This document shows positions 27,810-37,366 of a stretch of 64,000 nucleotides of DNA, in pieces. The notes beneath the pieces were generated by a model, which made no database searches, was not told where the DNA came from, and saw only the letters and a program-made list of their open reading frames with translations. The stretch lies in NCBI GenBank assembly GCA_937996685.1, contig CALKUP010000016.1:85879-149878 (forward strand), read 5' to 3'. The DNA is from an uncultured bacterium (GTDB taxonomy: Bacteria; Patescibacteriota; Patescibacteriia; UBA9570; XYC2-FULL-38-9). Positions within the stretch are counted from its first letter, which is position 1, and every line of letters begins with the position of its first letter. A program made the position numbers and the translations under genes.

Positions 27810-29321
27810 ATGAGTAATACACAATACGAAGCAATTATTGGTTTAGAAATTCACATTCGTCTGGACTCCAAGACAAAGATGTATTGTGGTACGGAAAATG
27901 CAGAATCAGAAGAACCAAATGTATACACCTGTCCGATTTGCGTCGGGCACCCAGGAACGCTTCCGCAATTAAATGAAGAAGCAGTGCGACTTGGAACCAT
28001 TCTTGCACTCGCAGTTGGAGCGGACGTGAAAGAATACATGAAGTTTGATCGAAAGAATTATTTTTATCCAGACCTTCCAAAGGGATATCAAATTTCACAA
28101 CATGAACAACCGCTTGCATTTGGTGGTGGAATTATGATTCAAAGTGAAACAGGAGAGTTGAAAGCAGTTGGCATTGAACGGCTGCATTTAGAAGAAGACA
28201 CCGCAAAGTTAAAACATCTTTCTGATGGAACGACTTTGGCGGATTTTAATCGTGCTGGTAGTCCGTTGCTGGAATTGGTGAGTCGTCCTGATATGCGAAC
28301 ACCAGAAGAGGCAAAATCATTTGTTCAAGAGTTGCAACAGTTGTGTCGATATATCGGCGTGTCACGTGCGGATCTTGAAAAAGGTCACATGCGCTGTGAT
28401 GTCAATGTGTCTATTCGTCCAGTGGGAGATACGGCGCTGTACCCAAAAACAGAAGTGAAAAATATTAATTCGTTTCGCTCAATTGAGCGCGCCGTTCGGT
28501 TTGAAATCGAGCGCCAAACAGCGTTGTGGAACGAAAACGCCGCTCCAGAATTCACAACCACTCGTGGATGGAATGACGCGACAAACGAAACCGTATTGCA
28601 ACGTGTGAAAGAAACGCAAGCAGATTATCGGTTTTTTCCAGAGCCAGATTTACCGCCAGTTGTTCGAACGCGTGAAGAAATTGAAGCCTTACGTGCGCAT
28701 ATGCCGGAATTACCTGCAGCGCGCCGTGATCGCTTGCGTGCAGAATATGAATTGTCATTCGATGATGCTGATCTGTTGATCCGTGATCCGCAGATTGCTG
28801 AATTTTTCGAAGATGTGATATCCGAAATTCGTGGTTGGTTGAATTCGATGGATGAGACAACTCCAGTAGAAAATCGTTGGCATGTGCATGGGCAAAAAGT
28901 TGCTCGACAAACAGTTAATTGGATTCATTCAGAAGTGATGAAATTATTGAATGCGCGCCAAAAAGATTTTGCGGATATTCCATGGACCCCAGAAAATTTT
29001 GCTGAACTCATGGTGTTGTTGTATGAGAACAAAATGAACTCATCGGCAGGACAAAAAGTGTTGGCATACATGTTCGAGCACGGAGGAGACCCAACCGTTA
29101 TTATGAAAGAGCATGATTTAGAGCAAGTGTCAGACACTGCTTCTATTGAAGTCATTGTGGATACAATTTTAATGAATAATCCACAATCTATTGAGGATTA
29201 TCGAGCCGGCAAAGATCGCGCTCTGCAGTTCTTGGTTGGTCAAGTAATGAAAGAAACAAAAGGAAAAGTAAATCCACAGATGGCAATGGAATTGCTACAA
29301 GATAAAATGAATAACGCATAA
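27810..29321 (+). CDS. gatB: Asp-tRNA(Asn)/Glu-tRNA(Gln) amidotransferase subunit B
   Basis: IGLEIH, FDRKNYFYPDLPKGYQISQ, HLEEDTAK, RCDVNVS, EVKNINS, YRFFPEPDL; start reset to ATG 27810. Confidence 0.96.
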   Translation: MSNTQYEAIIGLEIHIRLDSKTKMYCGTENAESEEPNVYTCPICVGHPGTLPQLNEEAVRLGTILALAVGADVKEYMKFDRKNYFYPDLPKGYQISQHEQPLAFGGGIMIQSETGELKAVGIERLHLEEDTAKLKHLSDGTTLADFNRAGSPLLELVSRPDMRTPEEAKSFVQELQQLCRYIGVSRADLEKGHMRCDVNVSIRPVGDTALYPKTEVKNINSFRSIERAVRFEIERQTALWNENAAPEFTTTRGWNDATNETVLQRVKETQADYRFFPEPDLPPVVRTREEIEALRAHMPELPAARRDRLRAEYELSFDDADLLIRDPQIAEFFEDVISEIRGWLNSMDETTPVENRWHVHGQKVARQTVNWIHSEVMKLLNARQKDFADIPWTPENFAELMVLLYENKMNSSAGQKVLAYMFEHGGDPTVIMKEHDLEQVSDTASIEVIVDTILMNNPQSIEDYRAGKDRALQFLVGQVMKETKGKVNPQMAMELLQDKMNNA

Positions 29322-29325
29322 TTCT

Positions 29326-31353
29326 ATGAATGCTCTGATTCGCCGCGCCATTATTGCACTCTGTGCTGTAAGTATTTTTGTATTACCAACTACGGCTCAA
29401 GCAGAGGTGATTCGAAATTTCGATACTACTATTCTTCTGACAGAAAATAACCAAGCGATTATCAGAGAGCATATTCAGTATGATTTTGAAGGTGTGACAG
29501 ATCGGCATGGTATTTATCGCGACATTCCGCGGATGTATAGCACAACTGGTCTATGTGATGATGCTGCAGTCGTTAACGGAGAAGAGTGCCGCGTTGATGT
29601 GTTGCATGACATACGGATTCTGTCTGTCGAAAGTACAGACGGCGTTGAACAACCGTTTTCATTAGATGACAGCACGAGTGAGACAGTTCGTATTAAAATT
29701 GGAGACCCTGATGTGACAGTTTCCGGAGTGAAAGACTATGTGATTGCGTATACATTCGCTGTCCCGGTTGTTCAAGATACTGCGACCGGAGCACCATTTT
29801 TTGCATGGAATGTCACTGGAAATAACTGGGAGGTTCCAATTGACAAAGCTTCTGTAAATGTGGCGCTGCCTCGGGCTGGGGTGGTCACAAGTCAAGTGTG
29901 CTACACCGGCCTTGAGGGCTCAAAAGAGATGGATTGTGTGAATCAGCAGACTGAAAAAGGCTTTTTCAGTACGACAAATAATCCATTTCCGGTTGGAGGT
30001 GGTTTAACAGTGAGCGCCGCTTTGCAAGACGGGGTGATAGCGCCTGGCGCGCTGCTTGATACACGAATTGATAGAACGTCGTGTTTTTTGTGGGATTGTG
30101 ATTTTGCGCCTGAATTAACTATTCAGCCGGGATCTGGCAAAGGTGCGCCGGATCCAATTATTGTTCAAACGACCGGGGATAGCATTGTCGCTTTGCCTGC
30201 TGGCTTGTATCACCTGACAGCAAAAGAATATGGCTATGAGTCAGTAAAGGACGTTTCTCGCACACTTGATCCTGGTCAACGGTTTGTCTGGAATGTGCAG
30301 TTCAAAAAATCACCGCTGTGGGTATTTCTTGCTCTATATCTACCATTGATTGCAACTGTTTTATATCTGGTCTTTGTTCTGTTTTTATGGCGACGGTATG
30401 GTCGCGATCCTCGTTTATCACACATTGTTGTGACAGAATTTACGCCTCCAAAAGATCTCACGCCAATTGAGGCAGGTTTTGTGATAAAAAGCATGGTGCA
30501 GAATATCCATATCAGCGCGCAAATTATCGACCTCGCAATTCGTGGCTATCTCGTGATTGAGCAGACGGAACAGAAAGGTGTCATGAAATACATGATGGCC
30601 GGGAAATATGATTATGCCTATACAGCAAATGTCGAGCAGATCACAACTGACTGGAATACAACAAAACTGACTGATGCGGAGCGGAGTATATTGACTGGTA
30701 TTTTTGGTGTCAACGGCGTTGAATATCCGCATGTCACATTTTTAGATGTCAAAAAAACCTTCCATATACAGACTGCGGCTATTCATAAGGCTGTTGCTCG
30801 TAGTATCTTGGAAAAAGAATTGATCAGCCGCTCACCGAAATTGTTGATTGGACTCTGCGCTGTTTTAGCGTTTGCATGGATTGCATTTTCGATTGGAGGA
30901 GTCGGGGTCTTTGATTCACTGTTGTTTGCCGTTCTTGGCATTCCTGCTGGTGTTGTTGGATTTGTCATGGCGTTATTGATGGGTCAACGAACAGTAAAGG
31001 GGACAAAAATGTTGCGGTATTTACAAGGGTATAAAAAATACCTCATGGTTGCAGAAAAAGATCGCATTGCATTTTTTAATGACCCAAAAGAATATCAAAG
31101 AGTGTTTGAGGAAGTGCTTCCGTATGCGATGATTCTTGGTGTTGAACAGCAGTGGTGTGCACAATTTGAAGGGTTGATTACGCAGCCGCCAAGCTGGTAT
31201 CACGGCAATATGACCAATGGGTTTTTGATTGGGTCACTTGCAAACGACCTGAGTTCATTGAGTAGTGCAATGAGCGCGTCAGCTTCGGCTCCAAGTTCTA
31301 GCGGCGGCGGATCCGGCGGGGGATTTGGTGGCGGCGGCGGAGGAAGTTGGTAG
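29326..31353 (+). CDS. DUF2207 family membrane protein
   Basis: signal peptide, RHGIYRDIP, WNVTGNNW, GRDP, IIDLAIRGYL, LPYAMILGV..W, C-terminal GGGFGGGGGGSW. Confidence 0.9.
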   Translation: MNALIRRAIIALCAVSIFVLPTTAQAEVIRNFDTTILLTENNQAIIREHIQYDFEGVTDRHGIYRDIPRMYSTTGLCDDAAVVNGEECRVDVLHDIRILSVESTDGVEQPFSLDDSTSETVRIKIGDPDVTVSGVKDYVIAYTFAVPVVQDTATGAPFFAWNVTGNNWEVPIDKASVNVALPRAGVVTSQVCYTGLEGSKEMDCVNQQTEKGFFSTTNNPFPVGGGLTVSAALQDGVIAPGALLDTRIDRTSCFLWDCDFAPELTIQPGSGKGAPDPIIVQTTGDSIVALPAGLYHLTAKEYGYESVKDVSRTLDPGQRFVWNVQFKKSPLWVFLALYLPLIATVLYLVFVLFLWRRYGRDPRLSHIVVTEFTPPKDLTPIEAGFVIKSMVQNIHISAQIIDLAIRGYLVIEQTEQKGVMKYMMAGKYDYAYTANVEQITTDWNTTKLTDAERSILTGIFGVNGVEYPHVTFLDVKKTFHIQTAAIHKAVARSILEKELISRSPKLLIGLCAVLAFAWIAFSIGGVGVFDSLLFAVLGIPAGVVGFVMALLMGQRTVKGTKMLRYLQGYKKYLMVAEKDRIAFFNDPKEYQRVFEEVLPYAMILGVEQQWCAQFEGLITQPPSWYHGNMTNGFLIGSLANDLSSLSSAMSASASAPSSSGGGSGGGFGGGGGGSW

Positions 31354-31400
31354 GCTTTTTTAGCGCTGATCCGTATCTCCTATGCAGGGTAGGTGATGTT

Positions 31401-31409
31401 TGGTATACT
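31401..31409 (+). promoter_or_regulatory. extended -10 promoter 6 nt before ATG (leaderless)
   Basis: TGGTATACT-N6-ATG(31416). Confidence 0.6.
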
Positions 31410-31415
31410 TCATAT

Positions 31416-32171
31416 ATGACAGGCATTGATTTACTTTTACCCGCATTTATCGCTGGTTTTCTGACATTTTTTGCGCCATGTACACTGCCGCTGGTTCCGA
31501 GTTTTTTGGCATTTTTGATTGGCGGAACAACAGCGACAGGGCAATCACAAAAACGCTATCAACTGATTGTCCAAACATTGTGGTATATTCTTGGTTTTTC
31601 CACTGTGTTTATTATTTTTGGCGCCTTCTTTGGTTTTATCGGCTCGCACATTGTGATGTATCGCGGCTTGCTGACACGTCTTGGTGGTGTGTGCATCGTG
31701 CTTCTTGGGTTGTTTTTGGTGATGAGTAATGTGCAGCCACAGTGGCTTGCTGTATTACAAAAAGACTATCGATTCAGGCTTCCGAGGCAGCTTCATCCTG
31801 GAACACCATTGGCAGCTGTTGTGTTCGGTGCCATTTTTGCATTTGGTTGGACTCCGTGTATTGGTCCAATTCTTGCAACAATATTGTTTTTTGCAAGCAC
31901 AACTGGGACGGTACTTTCTGGAATTACATTGCTCGCCGTATTTTCTGCCGGACTCGCGGTTCCGTTTTTGTTGAGTGCCGTCGGTGTGGAATTTTTACAG
32001 CAGTTTTTAAAAAAATATTCAACGCTCTTGCGTTGGATTCAGTTATTTTCCGGCGTCATTTTGCTGCTGATTGGCATTCTGTTATTGTGTAATCAGTTAG
32101 ATGAATGGGCGCGACTATTTTATCTCGTGTTTCCGTTTTTGAGACTGCCACAAATTGATCAATTTTTTTAA
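31416..32171 (+). CDS. ccdA: CcdA/DsbD-beta transmembrane disulfide electron transporter
   Basis: AGFLTFFAPCTLPLVP and FGWTPCIGPIL two-Cys motifs; 6 TM; start reset to 31416. Confidence 0.9.
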   Translation: MTGIDLLLPAFIAGFLTFFAPCTLPLVPSFLAFLIGGTTATGQSQKRYQLIVQTLWYILGFSTVFIIFGAFFGFIGSHIVMYRGLLTRLGGVCIVLLGLFLVMSNVQPQWLAVLQKDYRFRLPRQLHPGTPLAAVVFGAIFAFGWTPCIGPILATILFFASTTGTVLSGITLLAVFSAGLAVPFLLSAVGVEFLQQFLKKYSTLLRWIQLFSGVILLLIGILLLCNQLDEWARLFYLVFPFLRLPQIDQFF

Positions 32172-32176
32172 ACCGT

Positions 32177-33631
32177 ATGCGTAAGAAAATTTTACCAACT
32201 ATCCCACAAACCCCAACGGTCATTATTTTATTTGGTATTACAGGTGACCTCGTTCGTCAAAAAATTCTCACTGGATTATTCCAATTGTACACAGACAATT
32301 TGCTTCCAGTGCAATGGAGTGTGATTGGTATTGGTCGACGTGATTTTTCAGATGCAGATTTACGGGAGTATTTGCAGACGGTTTTTACAGAGAAGCAGAT
32401 CACTGATGATCGAATTGCTGATTTTTTGCGTCGTTTTTATTATGAGTCAGGTGATTTTGATGATGCGGCATTATATACCTCGCTTGGTGAGCGCCTCGGG
32501 TTATTTGATGGGGAATGGAAGGCGTGTGCAAACAAACTGTTTTATCTCTCAATTCCACCGCATTTAAATCAATCAGTCATTACACATCTTGATCAATCAA
32601 AGCTCACTGAAGGCTGTAGTGATGAAGAGGGGTGGACGCGGGTTATTTTAGAAAAGCCATTTGGAAACGACTTGAAAGAAGCGCTGGCGTTAGATCGTCA
32701 ATTGTCTGAACTCTTTGATGAAACCCAGGTCTATCGGGTGGATCACTATCTTGCAAAAGAGACCGTTCGGAATATCATTGCCTTGCGATTTAGTAATCAA
32801 ATTTTGTTGCCAGCCTTTACCAATCAGTCCATTGAACATATCGCAGTGCGGATGAGTGAAAAAATTCGAGCTGATAATCGTGGCGATTTATATGACCGTG
32901 TCGGTGCATTGCGCGATGTCGGTCAAAATCATTTGTTGCAGTTGTTGGCCTTATTTACAATGGATAATCCCGGGAGTTTTGAAGCTGAAAGCATTCGTCG
33001 CGAACGTTCAAAGGCATTGTCTCGGATTCATGTACTTACCGAAGAAGAGATTCAGAATCAGACAGTGCGCGCGCAATACAAAGGCTACACGCGTACATTC
33101 GGTGTTGATGACTATTCACAAACCGAAACGTATTTTCGTATTGAATCCTATATTGAAAGCGGAACATTTGCTGGAGTGCCAGTGAGCATTGAAGCCGGCA
33201 AAGCATTACAAGATGCATTGGTTGAGGTGGAGATTACGTTCAAACATCAGGAGCCGTGTTTGTGTAGCCCGGAAAAACATGAACAAAATGTGTTGCGATA
33301 TTCAATTCAGCCGGATGAAAAAATGACAATTAATTTGCTGATGAAGGTTCCGGGGCATAAATATGAATTGCAAAGCCAGGAATTTGTATTGAACTACCAT
33401 GACAACTCACTGGACAATCAATACATTGATCCGTACGCACTAGTGTTCTTGGATATTATTAAAGGCGATCAATCATTGTTCGTTTCAACAGATGAAGTGG
33501 TTTCCCAGTGGGGATTTGTTGAGCCGATTGTGAGCGCGTGGGAGGCTGGAAAACCAGACCTTGCTTCCTACGAGCCAGGGACAGCGCTCTCGTATATGCA
33601 AGCTTCATTGCCACTACAAAATAACGTATAA
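32177..33631 (+). CDS. zwf: glucose-6-phosphate 1-dehydrogenase
   Basis: FGITGDL, ILEKPFG, RVDHYLAKE, GALRDVGQNHLLQ. Confidence 0.95.
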   Translation: MRKKILPTIPQTPTVIILFGITGDLVRQKILTGLFQLYTDNLLPVQWSVIGIGRRDFSDADLREYLQTVFTEKQITDDRIADFLRRFYYESGDFDDAALYTSLGERLGLFDGEWKACANKLFYLSIPPHLNQSVITHLDQSKLTEGCSDEEGWTRVILEKPFGNDLKEALALDRQLSELFDETQVYRVDHYLAKETVRNIIALRFSNQILLPAFTNQSIEHIAVRMSEKIRADNRGDLYDRVGALRDVGQNHLLQLLALFTMDNPGSFEAESIRRERSKALSRIHVLTEEEIQNQTVRAQYKGYTRTFGVDDYSQTETYFRIESYIESGTFAGVPVSIEAGKALQDALVEVEITFKHQEPCLCSPEKHEQNVLRYSIQPDEKMTINLLMKVPGHKYELQSQEFVLNYHDNSLDNQYIDPYALVFLDIIKGDQSLFVSTDEVVSQWGFVEPIVSAWEAGKPDLASYEPGTALSYMQASLPLQNNV

Positions 33632-33660
33632 TAACTATATTGAATTAATAATCGGATTTT

Positions 33661-34611
33661 ATGGATAAACGCATTGCAATCATCGGGCTTGGAAAAATGG
33701 GCAAAGGACTAGCTCGTCAGTTGTTAGAAAAAGGCTGGGAAGTTCACGGCATGAATCGCTCACAAGATATTGTCGAAGAGCTCGCTTCCGAAGGAATGAA
33801 AAAATTGCACTCTCTTGAAGATATTGCGCAGATCCCAACACCGCGCGTTGTGTGGTTGATGTTGCCAGCAAAAGGTGGCGTGATCGACGAACAGTTATTT
33901 GGCAATGAAGCATCTGGAACAACAGGACTTGCGCAGATTTTGGAATCTGGAGATATGATTATTGATGGAGGAAATTCAAACTTCAAAGAAACAATTGAAC
34001 GTGGTAAAAAACTCGCTGAAATCAATCCGGAAATTGGTTTTATGGATGTTGGTGTGAGTGGGGGCCCCGAGGGGGCGCGCAATGGAGCGTGTTGCATGAT
34101 TGGTGGTAGCGATGAGGCATTTGCGTATTGCAAGGATGTGTTTGAAGCGATTTCGTTGCCTGGTGGTTTTTCCCACTTCACTGGCATTGGCGCAGGACAT
34201 TTTGTGAAGATGGTTCATAACGGCATTGAATATGGAATGATGCAAGCAATTGGTGAAGGATTTGGAGTGATGAAAGATACGCCGTATTATTCATTGGACT
34301 TGAAAGAAGTTGCTCGGATTTATCAACATGGAAGTGTTATCGAATCGCGTCTTGTTGGTTGGATGGGGCAAGCATTTGAAGATTGGGGAGTTGATCTCGC
34401 GACGATTTCCGGTGAAGTTGCGGCAAGTGGAGAGGGTGAATGGACAGTGGATACTGCGAAGGAAATGGGGCTTGAGATTCCGGTTATTGAAGAGTCATTG
34501 CGTTTTCGCGAGCGTTCACAAGGCAATCCAAGTTATATTGGAAAAGCTGTGTCAGCACAGCGTGGGCAATTTGGTGGTCATCCTGTCTTTATTGATCCGC
34601 CATCACAATAG
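33661..34611 (+). CDS. gnd: 6-phosphogluconate dehydrogenase, decarboxylating, short-chain type
   Basis: GLGKMG, IDGGNS, DVGVSGG, GAGHFVKMVHNGIEYG, SGEGEWTV, FGGH. Confidence 0.93.
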   Translation: MDKRIAIIGLGKMGKGLARQLLEKGWEVHGMNRSQDIVEELASEGMKKLHSLEDIAQIPTPRVVWLMLPAKGGVIDEQLFGNEASGTTGLAQILESGDMIIDGGNSNFKETIERGKKLAEINPEIGFMDVGVSGGPEGARNGACCMIGGSDEAFAYCKDVFEAISLPGGFSHFTGIGAGHFVKMVHNGIEYGMMQAIGEGFGVMKDTPYYSLDLKEVARIYQHGSVIESRLVGWMGQAFEDWGVDLATISGEVAASGEGEWTVDTAKEMGLEIPVIEESLRFRERSQGNPSYIGKAVSAQRGQFGGHPVFIDPPSQ

Positions 34612-34616
34612 TTTTT

Positions 34617-35258
34617 ATGGAAGCACGCATTGAGTATTCAACAATTCATGACATTTCCATGGCCTTAAAAAAGGATATGGTCGTCTATCCAAATAATCCC
34701 TCATTTGGGGCTTCAAAAGTCCGAGGCAGTAGTTCGTTGTTACACAAAATTTCAATGGGCACTCATTCTGGCACACACGTTGATGCGCCAAATCATGTTT
34801 TGCCAAGTGCGCGAGGCATTGATTTTTTTCCATTGTCTGATTTTATTGGACAGTGTCGGGTGATTGATATGACTGACATTGAAAGTGTCATTACAGCTGC
34901 CGATCTACAAGATGTTACGATTGAAAAAGGGGATCGCATCTTGTTTAAAACTAAAAATTCAGATGTTGATATCAATGAAGCGGTTGATTTTCACGATGAT
35001 TTTGTGGCGCTCGCTGGAGACGCTGCGGAGTTTTTGGCAGAAAAAGAAGTGGCGCTTGTTGGTGTTGACTACCTGTCAATTAAAAAACGAGGAGCTGAGG
35101 ATAACACGGCGCATACGGCGCTGCTGACGCACGGCATTCCAATTGTTGAAGGTTTGCGTTTGTATGAGATACGACCAGGCTCATATCAATTGGTTTTATT
35201 GCCTCTGGCTGTTGGAGATTTGGACGGCGGCCCATGTCGTGCTATTTTGCTTTCATAA
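34617..35258 (+). CDS. cyclase/kynurenine formamidase (KynB) family metal hydrolase
   Basis: HSGTHVDAPNH, VGVDYLS, H..LL...IPIVE.L, DGGPCRA. Confidence 0.9.
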   Translation: MEARIEYSTIHDISMALKKDMVVYPNNPSFGASKVRGSSSLLHKISMGTHSGTHVDAPNHVLPSARGIDFFPLSDFIGQCRVIDMTDIESVITAADLQDVTIEKGDRILFKTKNSDVDINEAVDFHDDFVALAGDAAEFLAEKEVALVGVDYLSIKKRGAEDNTAHTALLTHGIPIVEGLRLYEIRPGSYQLVLLPLAVGDLDGGPCRAILLS

Positions 35259-35276
35259 TTATTATCTGTATTTTGT

Positions 35277-36152
35277 ATGACAACACAATTTTTTCTTGAT
35301 TCAGGTGATCCAAAAGAGACAACAAAAGCCATCACGTTGCTTGGGGCATTGCATGGTCAAACCACAAACCCAAGTTTAGTGGCCAAGCATCCTGAAGTTG
35401 CGGCACGTCTTGCTGCGGGAAATTTATTTGCAACTGATGAGCTTCTTGGGTTGTATAAAACAGCAGTGCAAGAAATGAGCGAGTTGTTGCCAAATGGTTC
35501 AATCTCAATTGAAGTGTATGCTGATGAATATACTTCAGCAGAAGATATGTTTACGCAAGCAGAGCAAATGAATGCGTGGATTCCAAATGCGCACATTAAA
35601 TTGCCAATTACTGCCGAAGCATTGAAGACGGCGCGAATGTGTATTGATGCTGGAATGAAACTCAATATGACGCTGTGCTTCACGCAAGAGCAAGCGGCAG
35701 CGGTCTACGCAGCAACGCGTGGCGCAAAACCTGGTGATGTATTTGTATCTCCGTTTATTGGACGCCTTGATGATCGCGGAGAGCGGGGAATTGATATCAT
35801 TGCAAACATTGTGCGAATGTTTGAGGGTTCTGACGGGCACGTCCAAGTGCTTGCCGCTAGTGCACGCAATGCGAGTCATATTGCAAGCGCAATGGCCGTA
35901 AAAGCCGATATTGTGACTGCGCCGCTGGCTGCTTGGCAAGAGTGGGAAGCAGCTGGCAGTAGCGCGCTGTATACAGCTGAATTATTTGCAGATTTAACAG
36001 AAATTCCGTATAAAAACGTCGATCTTGAGGCTGCTTTTTCGGATTATGACATTACGCATGATTTAACAACTATTGGTATTGAACGATTCGCAAATGACTG
36101 GAATGCGCTCATTCATCCAGAAGAAGCGCCACAAAAAGACAATATTTCTTAG
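35277..36152 (+). CDS. tal: transaldolase/fructose-6-phosphate aldolase family
   Basis: FLDS, TTNPS, ISIEV, IKLP, NMTLCF, SPFIGRLDD, LAAS. Confidence 0.85.
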   Translation: MTTQFFLDSGDPKETTKAITLLGALHGQTTNPSLVAKHPEVAARLAAGNLFATDELLGLYKTAVQEMSELLPNGSISIEVYADEYTSAEDMFTQAEQMNAWIPNAHIKLPITAEALKTARMCIDAGMKLNMTLCFTQEQAAAVYAATRGAKPGDVFVSPFIGRLDDRGERGIDIIANIVRMFEGSDGHVQVLAASARNASHIASAMAVKADIVTAPLAAWQEWEAAGSSALYTAELFADLTEIPYKNVDLEAAFSDYDITHDLTTIGIERFANDWNALIHPEEAPQKDNIS

Positions 36153-36178
36153 TAATATTAGGAATTTTTTAGCCATAT

Positions 36179-36202
36179 AATACCTCGCTTATGCGGGGTA
36201 TT
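36179..36202 (+). terminator. hairpin after tal, possible terminator, overlapping the next -35 box
   Basis: AATACCTCGC-TTAT-GCGGGGTATT. Confidence 0.5.
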
Positions 36203-36229
36203 GACATTTTTGGTTATTTATGGTATGTT
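36201..36229 (+). promoter_or_regulatory. sigma70 promoter for the Wzz-like gene
   Basis: TTGACA (36201-06), 17 nt, TG.TATGTT (36221-29). Confidence 0.65.
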
Positions 36230-36294
36230 TCTTTGTTCGCGAAATGTGGGAGAATATTCCACTGATTTGATCGCTGAACGACACGCCATATTTT

Positions 36295-37356
36295 ATGACA
36301 CATTCTACACAATCCCACCAACAAACAAACGGACTCTTGAGTGTCGTGCGTTTAGTTTCTCAATATCGTTGGTTTGTACTGATTATGACAGTACTGACAA
36401 CAGCGTCATTTTACGGCTTAAATGTTGCCTTTAATGATTTTGAATATCGCTCTGACGCGCAAGTCATGGTGATTCAGTATTCTGATGCTGCCTCTGTTGA
36501 TGGTGAAAAAATGCAGCGCTCGACTGAGAATATTAGTCGTAATTTGGTGAAAGTCGTTGACACAACATCTTTTATGGATAAGGCGCTGGCAAATCCGGTG
36601 GTTCCTGCAAACTTGATTACTGGGGCGACAGAAAAAGAAAAAAAGAAATCATGGAGTGAAACAGTGTCAGCTTCGACAGTGCCAAATTCATCGATTATTC
36701 AAGTGAGTGTGTATGACACTGATCCGCAGGCAGCGGCGATTCTCGCGCAGGTAGTTGCTGATACATTGATTGCAAATGCAGCAGATTATCATGGTGCGGT
36801 AAAATCTGCGATTGAATTAAAGCAAATTGATAAAGTATCAACGTCTGATAAGCCAGTGCGTCCGAATATTCCAATGGTGACATTTGCCGGCTTTGTTGTT
36901 GGATTGCTTGGGAGTATTACATATCTCTTTTTAGTGAAAGAGTGGAGATTGGTTTCGGTATTAAGCGCTCAATGGAAAGAGGCTCGTGCAGAGCAGATTG
37001 TTCACATGACAACAGAATCTGTGACTGCTGTGCATGCAGCTCCAGTGCAAGAAGAAGTTTCTGTCGCGCAGCCAGAAGCAACGCCAGTTGCGCCAGCGGT
37101 AACGCCGGTTAACGAGGCGGCTGCAGCTGATGTGCCAAAGGTGCCGTTTGTTCAAGAAGTCATTGCAGATATTCCAGAGGTGATTGAAAAAATCGAAACA
37201 GCAGTCGTTGAAGATATGGAGCAGGCTGAAGCTGTTATTCAGGCAGCGGAATACGCAGTGTTTGATGTTGCGAATTGGGGCCAGGTGATTGCGCGCAATA
37301 TTTTGCCAATGCAACAAAATCCACAAGTCGTGACTCTTTCAGGTCCTATTGCATAA
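36295..37356 (+). CDS. Wzz/CapA (YveK)-like polysaccharide co-polymerase with long acidic tail
   Basis: N-terminal TM, Y.SDAQVMV, IIQVSVYDTDP..AA.LA, PVRPN followed by a TM. Confidence 0.78.
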   Translation: MTHSTQSHQQTNGLLSVVRLVSQYRWFVLIMTVLTTASFYGLNVAFNDFEYRSDAQVMVIQYSDAASVDGEKMQRSTENISRNLVKVVDTTSFMDKALANPVVPANLITGATEKEKKKSWSETVSASTVPNSSIIQVSVYDTDPQAAAILAQVVADTLIANAADYHGAVKSAIELKQIDKVSTSDKPVRPNIPMVTFAGFVVGLLGSITYLFLVKEWRLVSVLSAQWKEARAEQIVHMTTESVTAVHAAPVQEEVSVAQPEATPVAPAVTPVNEAAAADVPKVPFVQEVIADIPEVIEKIETAVVEDMEQAEAVIQAAEYAVFDVANWGQVIARNILPMQQNPQVVTLSGPIA

Positions 37357-37366
37357 ATAGACCGTG

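Noticed and set aside
27810-29321. gatB without adjacent gatA/gatC
   Set aside because: Split gat genes are common in reduced genomes; absence cannot be judged from this window
31290-31350. GGC-rich repeat
   Set aside because: Encodes the standard Gly-rich C-terminus of DUF2207
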